Shown piece after piece: positions 42,749 to 56,965 of a DNA stretch of 64,000 nt (its first letter is position 1; each line of letters starts with the position of its first letter). The stretch is from the human T2T-CHM13v2.0 reference genome, Homo sapiens. The translations under genes were made by a program, and so were the position numbers. Where the stretch lies: NCBI RefSeq assembly GCF_009914755.1, contig NC_060948.1; one strand, 5' to 3'. The notes beneath the pieces are model-generated. The model saw only the letters and a program-made list of their open reading frames with translations, had not been told where the DNA came from and did not search any database.

Positions 42749-45700
42749 GAATTCATTGGAATGGAAGGGAATGTAGTGTAATGGACAGGCCTGGAATAAA
42801 GTGGAATGCTACGGTCTCGAATGGAATAAAAATGTATGGAATGGAATGCAATGAAACGGAATCGAATGTCATAGAATGTAATGGAATGCAAAAAAATGGA
42901 ATCCAAAATCATTGACTGGAAAGGCTGGGTGTCGAAAGGAATTGACTCCAATGGAATGGAATCGAATGGAATGGAAGTGAATAGAATCGAACTAAATCGA
43001 ATGGAATGGAATTGATAGGAACGGAATGGAAAGGAATGCAATGATTTGGCATGGAATGGAATCGAATGGCATCGAATGGAATGGAATGGAATGCAATGGA
43101 ATGGAATGTATTAGAATGTAATGAACTTTAATGGAATGTACTCGAATGGATTCGACTGGAATGGAATGTTCTGGAAGTGAATGGACTCCAATGGAATGGA
43201 TTCCAAAGGAATGGAATCGTACGGAATGGAATCTAATGGAATGCAATTAAATGGAAATGAATCAAATTGAATAGCACGGAATTGAATTGAATGGAATGGA
43301 ATGCAATGGAATCTAATGAAACGGAAAGGAAAGGAATGGAATGGAATGGAATGGGCTGGAATGGAAAGGAATCGAAACGAATGGAATGGAATCGAACTGA
43401 AGAGACTGGAATGGAATGCACTGGAATGGAAGGGAGTGTAATGGAAGGTTCTCGAAAAAAATGGAATCGAATGGAATGCAATTGAATGGAACGGAATAGA
43501 TTCGAATGGAATTGAATGGAATGGAATGGACTAGAGTGAAATGGAATCGAACCACAAGGAATGGACAGGAATAGAATGGTCTCGAATTGAATGGAATCGT
43601 ATGGAATGGCATCAAACGGAATGGAATGGACAGCCACGGAATGGAATGCACTCGAATGCAATGGAGTCGAAACTAACGGACTGGAATAGAATGGACTCGA
43701 CTGGTACGGACTCCAATGGAATGGAATCGAATGGAAGGGAATCGAACGGAAGGGAATCGAACGGAATGGACTCGAAGGGAAAAGACTGCAATGGAAAGGT
43801 CTCGAATGGAATGGAAATTAATGGAATGGAATGGAATCGAATGAAATGGAGTCAAAAGGAATGGAATCGAATGGCAAGAAATCGAATGTAATGGAATCGC
43901 AAGGAATTGATGTGAACGGAACGGAATGGAATGGAATCCAAAGGAATGGAATAGAATGGAATGGAATCGAATGGAAAGGACTCGAATGGAAATCACTCGA
44001 ATAGAATGCAATTTAATAAAATAGGATCAAATGTAATGGAATGGAATGGAAAGGAATCGAAACGAAAGGAATGGAGACAGATGGAATGGAATGGAACAGA
44101 GAGCAATGGTATAGAATGGAATGGAATCATCTGGAATGGAATTGAATGGAATGGAATGATATGAAATGGAATGGAATGGAATGGAATGGAATGCCCTTGA
44201 ATTAAATGGACTGGACTCGAACAGAGTGGAATGGAAAGTGTGGAGATAGAATGGAATGAACTCCTTTGGAATGGTCTAGTAGGCAATGCAATCGACTGGC
44301 AGGGAATCAAAAGGAATGTAATCGAATGGATTGGACTGGAATGCAATGGACTCGAATAGATTGGAAACGGAATGCAAAGAATGGAATGGAATAGTATGGA
44401 ATGGAATGGAAAGGAATGGAGTGGAATAGACTAGAGTGGAATGGAATGGACTGGAAAGCAATGGACTGGAATGGAACTTTCTTGAATGGACTGGAATCAA
44501 ACGGAATGGAATGCAATGCAATCAAATGGCATGGAATAAAATAGAATGAAAGAGAATCAAATGGAATTGAATCGAATAGAATCGAATGGATTGGAAAGGA
44601 ATAGAATGGAATGGAATGGAATTGACTCAAATGGAATGGACTAGAATGGAATGGATTCGAATGGAAGGCAAAGGAATGGAATCTATTGGAATGGACTGTA
44701 ATGGAATGGAATGGAAGGGATTGGAATGGACTCGAATGGAATGGACTGCAATAGAAAGGATTCGAATGGAATGAAAAAGAATTGAATGGAATAGAACAGA
44801 ATGGAATCAAATCGAATGAAATGGAATGGAATAGAAAGGAATGGAATGAAATGGAATGGAAAGGATTCGAATGGAATGCAATCGAATGGAATGGAATCGA
44901 ACGGAATGGAATAAAATGGAAGAAAACTGGCAAGAAATGGAATCGAAATGAATGGAGTGTTATGGAACGGACTCAAAAGGAATTGAATGTAATAGAATGG
45001 AGTGGAGTGGACTCGAATATAATGGACTGGAATGGAATGAAATCACATGGAATGGGAACGAATGGAATGGAATGGAAAGGAATGGAATCGAATGGAAAGG
45101 AATCGAATGGAAGGGAATGAAATTGAATCAACAGGAATGGAAGGGAATAGAATAGACGGTAATGGAATGGACTCGAATAGAATGGACACGAATGCTCAAA
45201 TTGAATGGACTCGAATGGAATGGAAACGAAAGGAATGTCATCGAATGGAATTGAATCGATTGGAATGAAATCGCATAGAATGGAGTGGAATCAAATGGAA
45301 TTGAATCGAAAGGAAAGGAAGCGAATGGACTGAAATGAAATGGAATGGAATTGAATGGAAAGTAATGCAATGGAATAGAATGGAACGAAATTTCACGGAA
45401 TGGAATCAAACTGAATGGAATCAAATCAATGGAATCAAATCAAATGGAATGGAAAGGAATTGAATGGAGTAGATGGGATTGGATGGGATTGGAATGAAAT
45501 GTACTGGAAAGGACTCGAATTTCATGAAACGGAATGGAATGAATTGGAACGGAATGGACTCGAATGGAATGGAATGTCATGGGATGGCATCAAATGGAAT
45601 GGCATCAAATGGAATGGAATCGAATGCAATGGAATGCTATGGAATGGAATGGAATGCATTGGAATGGAATGTCCTCTAATGGAATGGATTCGAGTGGAAT

Positions 45701-46296
45701 GGAATTGAATATAATGGAGTCGAATGAAATGGAATTGAAAGGAATGGGATCGAATACAATGGAATATACTGGAATGTAACGTAATGAACTCGAATGTAAT
45801 TGACTGGAATGGAATGTACATGAATGGAATGTAATCGAATGGAAAGTAATCCAATGGAATAGAATCTAATGCAATAAAATCGACTCAGATAGAGTAGAAT
45901 GTAATGGAATGGAGTGCAGTGCAATGGAATGGAATGGAATGGAATGCAATGGAATGGAATGGAATGGAATGGAATGGAATGGAATGGGATGGAATGGTAT
46001 GGAATGGATAGTAATGGACTGGAGTGAAATGGACTGGAAAGGAATGGACTCAAATTGAAAGGGCTCGAAAGGAATGGAGTCAAATGGAATGGTCTGGAAT
46101 GGAATGAACACGAATGTAATGCAACCCAATAGAATGGAATCGAATGGCATGGAATAGAAAGAAATGGAATCGAAGAGAATGGAAACAAATGGAATGGAAT
46201 TGAATGGAATGGGAACGAATGGAGTGAAATTGTATGCAGTAGAAGAGAATAGAATGGAATGCAAGCGAAAGGAAAGGAATGGATTGGAATGGAATG
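42749..46296 (+). repeat. Unit U13, 3548 bp, clade B
   Basis: EcoRI spacing. ATCGAATAGAATCG ~44571 is shared with U15. Confidence 0.88.
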
Positions 46297-49200
46297 GAAT
46301 TCATTGGAATGGAAGGGAATGTAGTGTAATGGACAGGCCTGGAATAAAGTGGAATGCTACGGTCTCGAATGGAATAAAAATGTATGGAATGGAATGCAAT
46401 GAAACGGAATCGAATGTCATAGAATGTAATGGAATGCAAAAAAATGGAATCCAAAATCATTGACTGGAAAGGCTGGGTGTCGAAAGGAATTGACTCCAAT
46501 GGAATGGAATCGAATGGAATGGAAGTGAATAGAATCGAACTAAATCGAATGGAATGGAATTGATAGGAACGGAATGGAAAGGAATGCAATGATTTGGCAT
46601 GGAATGGAATCGAATGGCATCGAATGGAATGGAATGGAATGCAATGGAATGGAATGTATTAGAATGTAATGAACTTTAATGGAATGTACTCGAATGGATT
46701 CGACTGGAATGGAATGTTCTGGAAGTGAATGGACTCCAATGGAATGGATTCAAAAGGAATGGAATCGTACGGAATGGAATCTAATGGAATGCAATTAAAT
46801 GGAAATGAATCAAATTGAATAGCACGGAATTGAATTGAATGGAATGGAATGCAATGGAATCTAATGAAACGGAAAGGAAAGGAATGGAATGGAATGGAAT
46901 GGGCTGGAATGGAAAGGAATCGAAACGAATGGAATGGAATCGAACTGAAGAGACTGGAATGGAATGCACTGGAATGGAAGGGAGTGTAATGGAAGGTTCT
47001 CGAAAAAAATGGAATCGAATGGAATGCAATTGAATGGAACGGAATAGAGTCGAATGGAATTGAATGGAATGGAATGGACTAGAGTGAAATGGAATCGAAC
47101 CACAAGGAATGGACAGGAATAGAATGGTCTCGAATTGAATGGAATCGTATGGAATGGCATCAAACGGAATGGAATGGACAGCCACGGAATGGAATGCACT
47201 CGAATGCAATGGAGTCGAAACTAACGGACTGGAATAGAATGGAATCGACTGGTACGGACTCCAATGGAATGGAATCGAATGGAAGGGAATCGAACGGAAG
47301 GGAATCGAACGGAATGGACTCGAAGGGAAAAGACTGCAATGGAAAGGTCTCGAATGGAATGGAAATTAATGGAATGGAATGGAATCGAATGAAATGGAGT
47401 CAAAAGGAATGGAATCGAATGGCAAGAAATCGAATGTAATGGAATCGCAAGGAATTGATGTGAACGGAACGGAATGGAATGGAATCCAAAGGAATGGAAT
47501 AGAATGGAATGGAATCGAATGGAAAGGACTCGAATGGAAATCACTCGAATAGAATGCAATTTAATAAAATAGGATCAAATGTAATGGAATGGAATGGAAA
47601 GGAATCGAAACGAAAGGAATGGAGACAGATGGAATGGAATGGAACAGAGAGCAATGGTATAGAATGGAATGGAATCATCTGGAATGGAATTGAATGGAAT
47701 GGAATGATATGAAATGGAATGGAATGGAATGGAATGGAATGCCCTTGAATTAAATGGACTGGACTCGAACAGAGTGGAATGGAAAGTGTGGAGATAGAAT
47801 GGAATGAACTCCTTTGGGATGGTCTAGTAGGCAATGCAATCGACTGGCAGGGAATCAAAAGGAATGTAATCGAATGGATTGGACTGGAATGCAATGGACT
47901 CGAATAGATTGGAAACGGAATGCAAAGAATGGAATGGAATAGTATGGAATGGAATGGAAAGGAATGGAGTGGAATAGACTAGAGTGGAATGGAATGGACT
48001 GGAAAGCAATGGACTGGAATGGAACTTTCTTGAATGGACTGGAATCAAACGGAATGGAATGCAATGCAATCAAATGGCATGGAATAAAATAGAATGAAAG
48101 AGAATCAAATGGAATTGAATCGAATGGAATCGAATGGATTGGAAAGGAATAGAATGGAATGGAATGGAATTGACTCAAATGGAATGGACTAGAATGGAAT
48201 GGATTCGAATGGAAGGCAAAGGAATGGAATCTATTGGAATGGACTGTAATGGAATGGAATGGAAGGGATTGGAATGGACTCGAATGGAATGGACTGCAAT
48301 AGAAAGGATTCGAATGGAATGAAAAAGAATTGAATGGAATAGAACAGAATGGAATCAAATCGAATGAAATGGAATGGAATAGAAAGGAATGGAATGAAAT
48401 GGAATGGAAAGGATTCGAATGGAATGCAATCGAATGGAATGGAATCGAACGGAATGGAATAAAATGGAAGAAAACTGGCAAGAAATGGAATCGAAATGAA
48501 TGGAGTGTTATGGAACGGACTCAAAAGGAATTGAATGTAATAGAATGGAGTGGAGTGGACTCGAATATAATGGACTGGAATGGAATGAAATCACATGGAA
48601 TGGGAACGAATGGAATGGAATGGAAAGGAATGGAATCGAATGGAAAGGAATCGAATGGAAGGGAATGAAATTGAATCAACAGGAATGGAAGGGAATAGAA
48701 TAGACGGTAATGGAATGGACTCGAATAGAATGGACACGAATGCTCAAATTGAATGGACTCGAATGGAATGGAAACGAAAGGAATGTCATCGAATGGAATT
48801 GAATCGATTGGAATGAAATCGCATAGAATGGAGTGGAATCAAATGGAATTGAATCGAAAGGAAAGGAAGCGAATGGACTGAAATGAAATGGAATGGAATT
48901 GAATGGAAAGTAATGCAATGGAATAGAATGGAACGAAATTTCACGGAATGGAATCAAACTGAATGGAATCAAATCAATGGAATCAAATCAAATGGAATGG
49001 AAAGGAATTGAATGGAGTAGATGGGATTGGATGGGATTGGAATGAAATGTACTGGAAAGGACTCGAATTTCATGAAACGGAATGGAATGAATTGGAACGG
49101 AATGGACTCGAATGGAATGGAATGTCATGGGATGGCATCAAATGGAATGGCATCAAATGGAATGGAATCGAATGCAATGGAATGCTATGGAATGGAATGG

Positions 49201-49854
49201 AATGCATTGGAATGGAATGTCCTCTAATGGAATGGATTCGAGTGGAATGGAATTGAATATAATGGAGTCGAATGAAATGGAATTGAAAGGAATGGGATCG
49301 AATACAATGGAATATACTGGAATGTAACGTAATGAACTCGAATGTAATTGACTGGAATGGAATGTACATGAATGGAATGTAATCGAATGGAAAGTAATCC
49401 AAAGGAATAGAATCTAATGCAATAAAATCGACTCAGATAGAGTAGAATGTAATGGAATGGAGTGCAGTGCAATGGAATGGAATGGAATGGAATGCAATGG
49501 AATGGAATGGAATGGAATGGAATGGAATGGGATGGAATGGTGTGGAATGGATAGTAATGGACTGGAGTGAAATGGACTGGAAAGGAATGGACTCAAATTG
49601 AAAGGTCTCGAAAGGAATGGAGTCAAATGGAATGGTCTGGAATGGAATGAACACGAATGTAATGCAACCCAATAGAATGGAATCGAATGGCATGGAATAG
49701 AAAGAAATGGAATCGAAGAGAATGGAAACAAATGGAATGGAATTGAATGGAATGGAATTGAATGGAATGGGAACGAATGGAGTGAAATTGTATGCAGTAG
49801 AAGAGAATAGAATGGAATGCAAGCGAAAGGAAAGGAATGGATTGGAATGGAATG
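46297..49854 (+). repeat. Unit U14, 3558 bp, clade B (near-copy of U12)
   Basis: Same length as U12, with diagnostic variants at +7106 bp. Confidence 0.88.
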
Positions 49855-52800
49855 GAATTCATTGGAATGGAAGGGAATGTAGTGTAACGGACAGGCCTGG
49901 AATAAAGTGGAATGCTACGGTCTCGAATGGAATAAAAATGTATGGAATGGAATGCAATGAAACGGAATCGAATGTCATAGAATGTAATGGAATGCAAAAA
50001 AATGGAATCCAAAATCATTGACTGGAAAGGCTGGGTGTCGAAAGGAATTGACTCCAATGGAATGGAATCGAATGGAATGGAAGTGAATAGAATCGAACTA
50101 AATCGAATGGAATGGAATTGATAGGAACGGAATGGAAAGGAATGCAATGATTTGGCATGGAATGGAATCGAATGGCATCGAATGGAATGGAATGGAATGC
50201 AATGGAATGGAATGTATTAGAATGTAATGAACTTTAATGGAATGTACTCGAATGGATTCGACTGGAATGGAATGTTCTGGAAGTGAATGGACTCCAATGG
50301 AATGGATTCAAAAGGAATGGAATCGTACGGAATGGAATCTAATGGAATGCAATTAAATGGAAATGAATCAAATTGAATAGCACGGAATTGAATTGAATGG
50401 AATGGAATGCAATGGAATCTAATGAAACGGAAAGGAAAGGAATGGAATGGAATGGAATGGGCTGGAATGGAAAGGAATCGAAACGAATGGAATGGAATCG
50501 AACTGAAGAGACTGGAATGGAATGCACTGGAATGGAAGGGAGTGTAATGGAAGGTTCTCGAAAAAAATGGAATCGAATGGAATGCAATTGAATGGAACGG
50601 AATAGATTCGAATGGAATTGAATGGAATGGAATGGACTAGAGTGAAATGGAATCGAACCACAAGGAATGGACAGGAATAGAATGGTCTCGAATTGAATGG
50701 AATCGTATGGAATGGCATCAAACGGAATGGAATGGACAGCCACGGAATGGAATGCACTCGAATGCAATGGAGTCGAAACTAACGGACTGGAATAGAATGG
50801 ACTCGACTGGTACGGACTCCAATGGAATGGAATCGAATGGAAGGGAATCGAACGGAAGGGAATCGAACGGAATGGACTCGAAGGGAAAAGACTGCAATGG
50901 AAAGGTCTCGAATGGAATGGAAATTAATGGAATGGAATGGAATCGAATGAAATGGAGTCAAAAGGAATGGAATCGAATGGCAAGAAATCGAATGTAATGG
51001 AATCGCAAGGAATTGATGTGAACGGAACGGAATGGAATGGAATCCAAAGGAATGGAATAGAATGGAATGGAATCGAATGGAAAGGACTCGAATGGAAATC
51101 ACTCGAATAGAATGCAATTTAATAAAATAGGATCAAATGTAATGGAATGGAATGGAAAGGAATCGAAACGAAAGGAATGGAGACAGATGGAATGGAATGG
51201 AACAGAGAGCAATGGTATAGAATGGAATGGAATCATCTGGAATGGAATTGAATGGAATGGAATGATATGAAATGGAATGGAATGGAATGGAATGGAATGC
51301 CCTTGAATTAAATGGACTGGACTCGAACAGAGTGGAATGGAAAGTGTGGAGATAGAATGGAATGAACTCCTTTGGAATGGTCTAGTAGGCAATGCAATCG
51401 ACTGGCAGGGAATCAAAAGGAATGTAATCGAATGGATTGGACTGGAATGCAATGGACTCGAATAGATTGGAAACGGAATGCAAAGAATGGAATGGAATAG
51501 TATGGAATGGAATGGAAAGGAATGGAGTGGAATAGACTAGAGTGGAATGGAATGGACTGGAAAGCAATGGACTGGAATGGAACTTTCTTGAATGGACTGG
51601 AATCAAACGGAATGGAATGCAATGCAATCAAATGGCATGGAATAAAATAGAATGAAAGAGAATCAAATGGAATTGAATCGAATAGAATCGAATGGATTGG
51701 AAAGGAATAGAATGGAATGGAATGGAATTGACTCAAATGGAATGGACTAGAATGGAATGGATTCGAATGGAAGGCAAAGGAATGGAATCTATTGGAATGG
51801 ACTGTAATGGAATGGAATGGAAGGGATTGGAATGGACTCGAATGGAATGGACTGCAATAGAAAGGATTCGAATGGAATGAAAAAGAATTGAATGGAATAG
51901 AACAGAATGGAATCAAATCGAATGAAATGGAATGGAATAGAAAGGAATGGAATGAAATGGAATGGAAAGGATTCGAATGGAATGCAATCGAATGGAATGG
52001 AATCGAACGGAATGGAATAAAATGGAAGAAAACTGGCAAGAAATGGAATCGAAATGAATGGAGTGTTATGGAACGGACTCAAAAGGAATTGAATGTAATA
52101 GATTGGAGTGGAGTGGACTCGAATATAATGGACTGGAATGGAATGAAATCACATGGAATGGGAACGAATGGAATGGAATGGAAAGGAATGGAATCGAATG
52201 GAAAGGAATCGAATGGAAGGGAATGAAATTGAATCAACAGGAATGGAAGGGAATAGAATAGACGGTAATGGAATGGACTCAAATAGAATGGACACGAATG
52301 CTCAAATTGAATGGACTCGAATGGAATGGAAACGAAAGGAATGTCATCGAATGGAATTGAATCGATTGGAATGAAATCGCATAGAATGGAGTGGAATCAA
52401 ATGGAATTGAATCGAAAGGAAAGGAAGCGAATGGACTGAAATGAAATGGAATGGAATTGAATGGAAAGTAATGCAATGGAATAGAATGGAACGAAATTTC
52501 ACGGAATGGAATCAAACTGAATGGAATCAAATCAATGGAATCAAATCAAATGGAATGGAAAGGAATTGAATGGAGTAGATTGGATTGGATGGGATTGGAA
52601 TGAAATGTACTGGAAAGGACTCGAATTTCATGAAACGGAATGGAATGAATTGGAACGGAATGGACTCGAATGGAATGGAATGTCATGGGATGGCATCAAA
52701 TGGAATGGCATCAAATGGAATGGAATCGAATGCAATGGAATGCTATGGAATGGAATGGAATGCATTGGAATGGAATGTCCTCTAATGGAATGGATTCGAG

Positions 52801-53407
52801 TGGAATGGAATTGAATATAATGGAGTCGAATGAAATGGAATTGAAAGGAATGGGATCGAATACAATGGAATATACTGGAATGTAAGGTAATGAACTCGAA
52901 TGTAATTGACTGGAATGGAATGTACATGAATGGAATGTAATCGAATGGAAAGTAATCCAATGGAATAGAATCTAATGCAATAAAATCGACTCAGATAGAG
53001 TAGAATGTAATGGAATGGAGTGCAGTGCAATGGAATGGAATGGAATGCAATGGAATGGAATGGAATGGAATGGAATGGAATGGAATGAAATGGAATGGGA
53101 TGGAATGGTATGGAATGGATAGTAATGGACTGGAGTGAAATGGACTGGAAAGGAATGGACTCAAATTGAAAGGGCTCGAAAGGAATGGAGTCAAATGGAA
53201 TGGTCTGGAATGGAATGAACACGAATGTAATGCAACCCAATAGAATGGAATCGAATGGCATGGAATAGAAAGAAATGGAATCGAAGAGAATGGAAACAAA
53301 TGGAATGGAATTGAATGGAATGGGAACGAATGGAGTGAAATTGTATGCAGTAGAAGAGAATAGAATGGAATGCAAGCGAAAGGAAAGGAATGGATTGGAA
53401 TGGAATG
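49855..53407 (+). repeat. Unit U15, 3553 bp, clade B (near-copy of U13 with a mosaic 3' end)
   Basis: U13 variants at +7106 bp in the 5' part. The 3' part carries GTAGATTGG ~52575 and GTAAGGTAAT ~52882. Confidence 0.86.
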
Positions 53408-56400
53408 GAATTCATTGGAATGGAAGGGAATGTAGTGTAATGGACAGGCCTGGAATAAAGTGGAATGCTACGGTCTCGAATGGAATAAAAATGTATGGAA
53501 TGGAATGCAATGAAACGGAATCGAATGTCATAGAATGTAATGGAATGCAAAAAAATGGAATCCAAAATCATTGACTGGAAAGGCTGGGTGTCGAAAGGAA
53601 TTGACTCCAATGGAATGGAATCGAATGGAATGGAAGTGAATAGAATCGAACTAAATCGAATGGAATGGAATTGATAGGAACGGAATGGAAAGGAATGCAA
53701 TGATTTGGCATGGAATGGAATCGAATGGCATCGAATGGAATGGAATGGAATGCAATGGAATGGAATGTATTAGAATGTAATGAACTTTAATGGAATGTAC
53801 TCGAATGGATTCGACTGGAATGGAATGTTCTGGAAGTGAATGGACTCCAATGGAATGGATTCAAAAGGAATGGAATCGTACGGAATGGAATCTAATGGAA
53901 TGCAATTAAATGGAAATGAATCAAATTGAATAGCACGGAATTGAATTGAATGGAATGGAATGCAATGGAATCTAATGAAACGGAAAGGAAAGGAATGGAA
54001 TGGAATGGAATGGGCTGGAATGGAAAGGAATCGAAACGAATGGAATGGAATCGAACTGAAGAGACTGGAATGGAATGCACTGGAATGGAAGGGAGTGTAA
54101 TGGAAGGTTCTCGAAAAAAATGGAATCGAATGGAATGCAATTGAATGGAACGGAATAGATTCGAATGGAATTGAATGGAATGGAATGGACTAGAGTGTAA
54201 TGGAATCGAACCACAAGGAATGGACAGGAATAGAATGGTCTCGAATTGAATGGAATCGTATGGAATGGCATCAAACGGAATGGAATGGACAGCCACGGAA
54301 TGGAATGCACTCGAATGCAATGGAGTCGAAACTAACGGACTGGAATAGAATGGACTCGACTGGTACGGACTCCAATGGAATGGAATCGAATGGAAGGGAA
54401 TCGAACGGAAGGGAATCGAACGGAATGGACTCGAAGGGAAAAGACTGCAATGGAAAGGTCTCGAATGGAATGGAAATTAATGGAATGGAATGGAATCGAA
54501 TGAAATGGAGTCAAAAGGAATGGAATCGAATGGCAAGAAATCGAATGTAATGGAATCGCAAGGAATTGATGTGAACGGAACGGAATGGAATGGAATCCAA
54601 AGGAATGGAATAGAATGGAATGGAATCGAATGGAAAGGACTCGAATGGAAATCATTCGAATAGAATGCAATTTAATAAAATAGGATCAAATGTAATGGAA
54701 TGGAATGGAAAGGAATCGAAACGAAAGGAATGGAGACAGATGGAATGGAATGGAACAGAGAGCAATGGTATAGAATGGAATGGAATCATCTGGAATGGAA
54801 TTGAATGGAATGGAATGATATGAAATGGAATGGAATGGAATGGAATGGAATGCCCTTGAATTAAATGGACTGGACTCGAACAGAGTGGAATGGAAAGTGT
54901 GGAGATAGAATGGAATGAACTCCTTTGGAATGGTCTAGTAGGCAATGCAATCGACTGGCAGGGAATCAAAAGGAATGTAATCGAATGGATTGGACTGGAA
55001 TGCAATGGACTCGAATAGATTGGAAACGGAATGCAAAGAATGGAATGGAATAGTATGGAATGGAATGGAAAGGAATGGAGTGGAATAGACTAGAGTGGAA
55101 TGGAATGGACTGGAAAGCAATGGACTGGAATGGAACTTTCTTGAATGGACTGGAATCAAACGGAATGGAATGCAATGCAATCAAATGGCATGGAATAAAA
55201 TAGAATGAAAGAGAATCAAATGGAATTGAATCGAATGGAATCGAATGGATTGGAAAGGAATAGAATGGAATGGAATGGAATTGACTCAAATGGAATGGAC
55301 TAGAATGGAATGGATTCGAATGGAAGGCAAAGGAATGGAATCTATTGGAATGGACTGTAATGGAATGGAATGGAAGGGATTGGAATGGACTCGAATGGAA
55401 TGGACTGCAATAGAAAGGATTCGAATGGAATGAAAAAGAATTGAATGGAATAGAACAGAATGGAATCAAATCGAATGAAATGGAATGGAATAGAAAGGAA
55501 TGTAATGAAATGGAATGGAAAGGATTCGAATGGAATGCAATCGAATGGAATGGAATCGAACGGAATGGAATAAAATGGAAGAAAACTGGCAAGAAATGGA
55601 ATCGAAATGAATGGAGTGTTATGGAACGGACTCAAAAGGAATTGAATGTAATAGAATGGAGTGGAGTGGACTCGAATATAATGGACTGGAATGGAATGAA
55701 ATCACATGGAATGGGAACGAATGGAATGGAATGGAAAGGAATGGAATCGAATGGAAAGGAATCGAATGGAAGGGAATGAAATTGAATCAACAGGAATGGA
55801 AGGGAATAGAATAGACGGTAATGGAATGGACTCGAATAGAATGGACACGAATGCTCAAATTGAATGGACTCGAATGGAATGGAAACGAAAGGAATGTCAT
55901 CGAATGGAATTGAATCGATTGGAATGAAATCGCATAGAATGGAGTGGAATCAAATGGAATTGAATCGAAAGGAAAGGAAGCGAATGGACTGAAATGAAAT
56001 GGAATGGAATTGAATGGAAAGTAATGCAATGGAATAGAATGGAACGAAATTTCACGGAATGGAATCAAACTGAATGGAATCAAATCAATGGAATCAAATC
56101 AAATGGAATGGAAAGGAATTGAATGGAGTAGATGGGATTGGATGGGATTGGAATGAAATGTACTGGAAAGGACTCGAATTTCATGAAACGGAATGGAATG
56201 AATTGGAACGGAATGGACTCGAATGGAATGGAATGTCATGGGATGGCATCAAATGGAATGGCATCAAATGGAATGGAATCGAATGCAATGGAATGCTATG
56301 GAATGGAATGGAATGCATTGGAATGGAATGTCCTCTAATGGAATGGATTCGAGTGGAATGGAATTGAATATAATGGAGTCGAATGAAATGGAATTGAAAG

Positions 56401-56965
56401 GAATGGGATCGAATACAATGGAATATACTGGAATGTAACGTAATGAACTCGAATGTAATTGACTGGAATGGAATGTACATGAATGGAATGTAATCGAATG
56501 GAAAGTAATCCAATGGAATAGAATCTAATGCAATAAAATCGACTCAGATAGAGTAGAATGTAATGGAATGGAGTGCAGTGCAATGGAATGGAATGGAATG
56601 GAATGCAATGGAATGGAATGGAATGGAATGGAATGGAATGGAATGGAATGGAATGGGATGGAATGGTATGGAATGGATAGTAATGGACTGGAGTGAAATG
56701 GACTGGAAAGGAATGGACTCAAATTGAAAGGGCTCGAAAGGAATGGAGTCAAATGGAATGGTCTGGAATGGAATGAACACGAATGTAATGCAACCCAATA
56801 GAATGGAATCGAATGGCATGGAATAGAAAGAAATGGAATCGAAGAGAATGGAAACAAATGGAATGGAATTGAATGGAATGGGAACGAATGGAGTGAAATT
56901 GTATGCAGTAGAAGAGAATAGAATGGAATGCAAGCGAAAGGAAAGGAATGGATTGGAATGGAATG
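53408..56965 (+). repeat. Unit U16, 3558 bp, last clade B unit
   Basis: Last unit with the GCAAAGAAT deletion (~55033). GGAATGTAATGAAAT ~55497 is shared with U12. Confidence 0.88.

Noticed and set aside
41277-55511. Four-unit (14.2-kb) periodicity suggested by GGAATGTAATGAAAT shared by U12 and U16
   Set aside because: It rests on a single shared variant. U16 lacks the other U12 markers (CTTTGGGATGG, ATCCAAAGG, GGTGTGG), so a small conversion or recurrent mutation is more likely.
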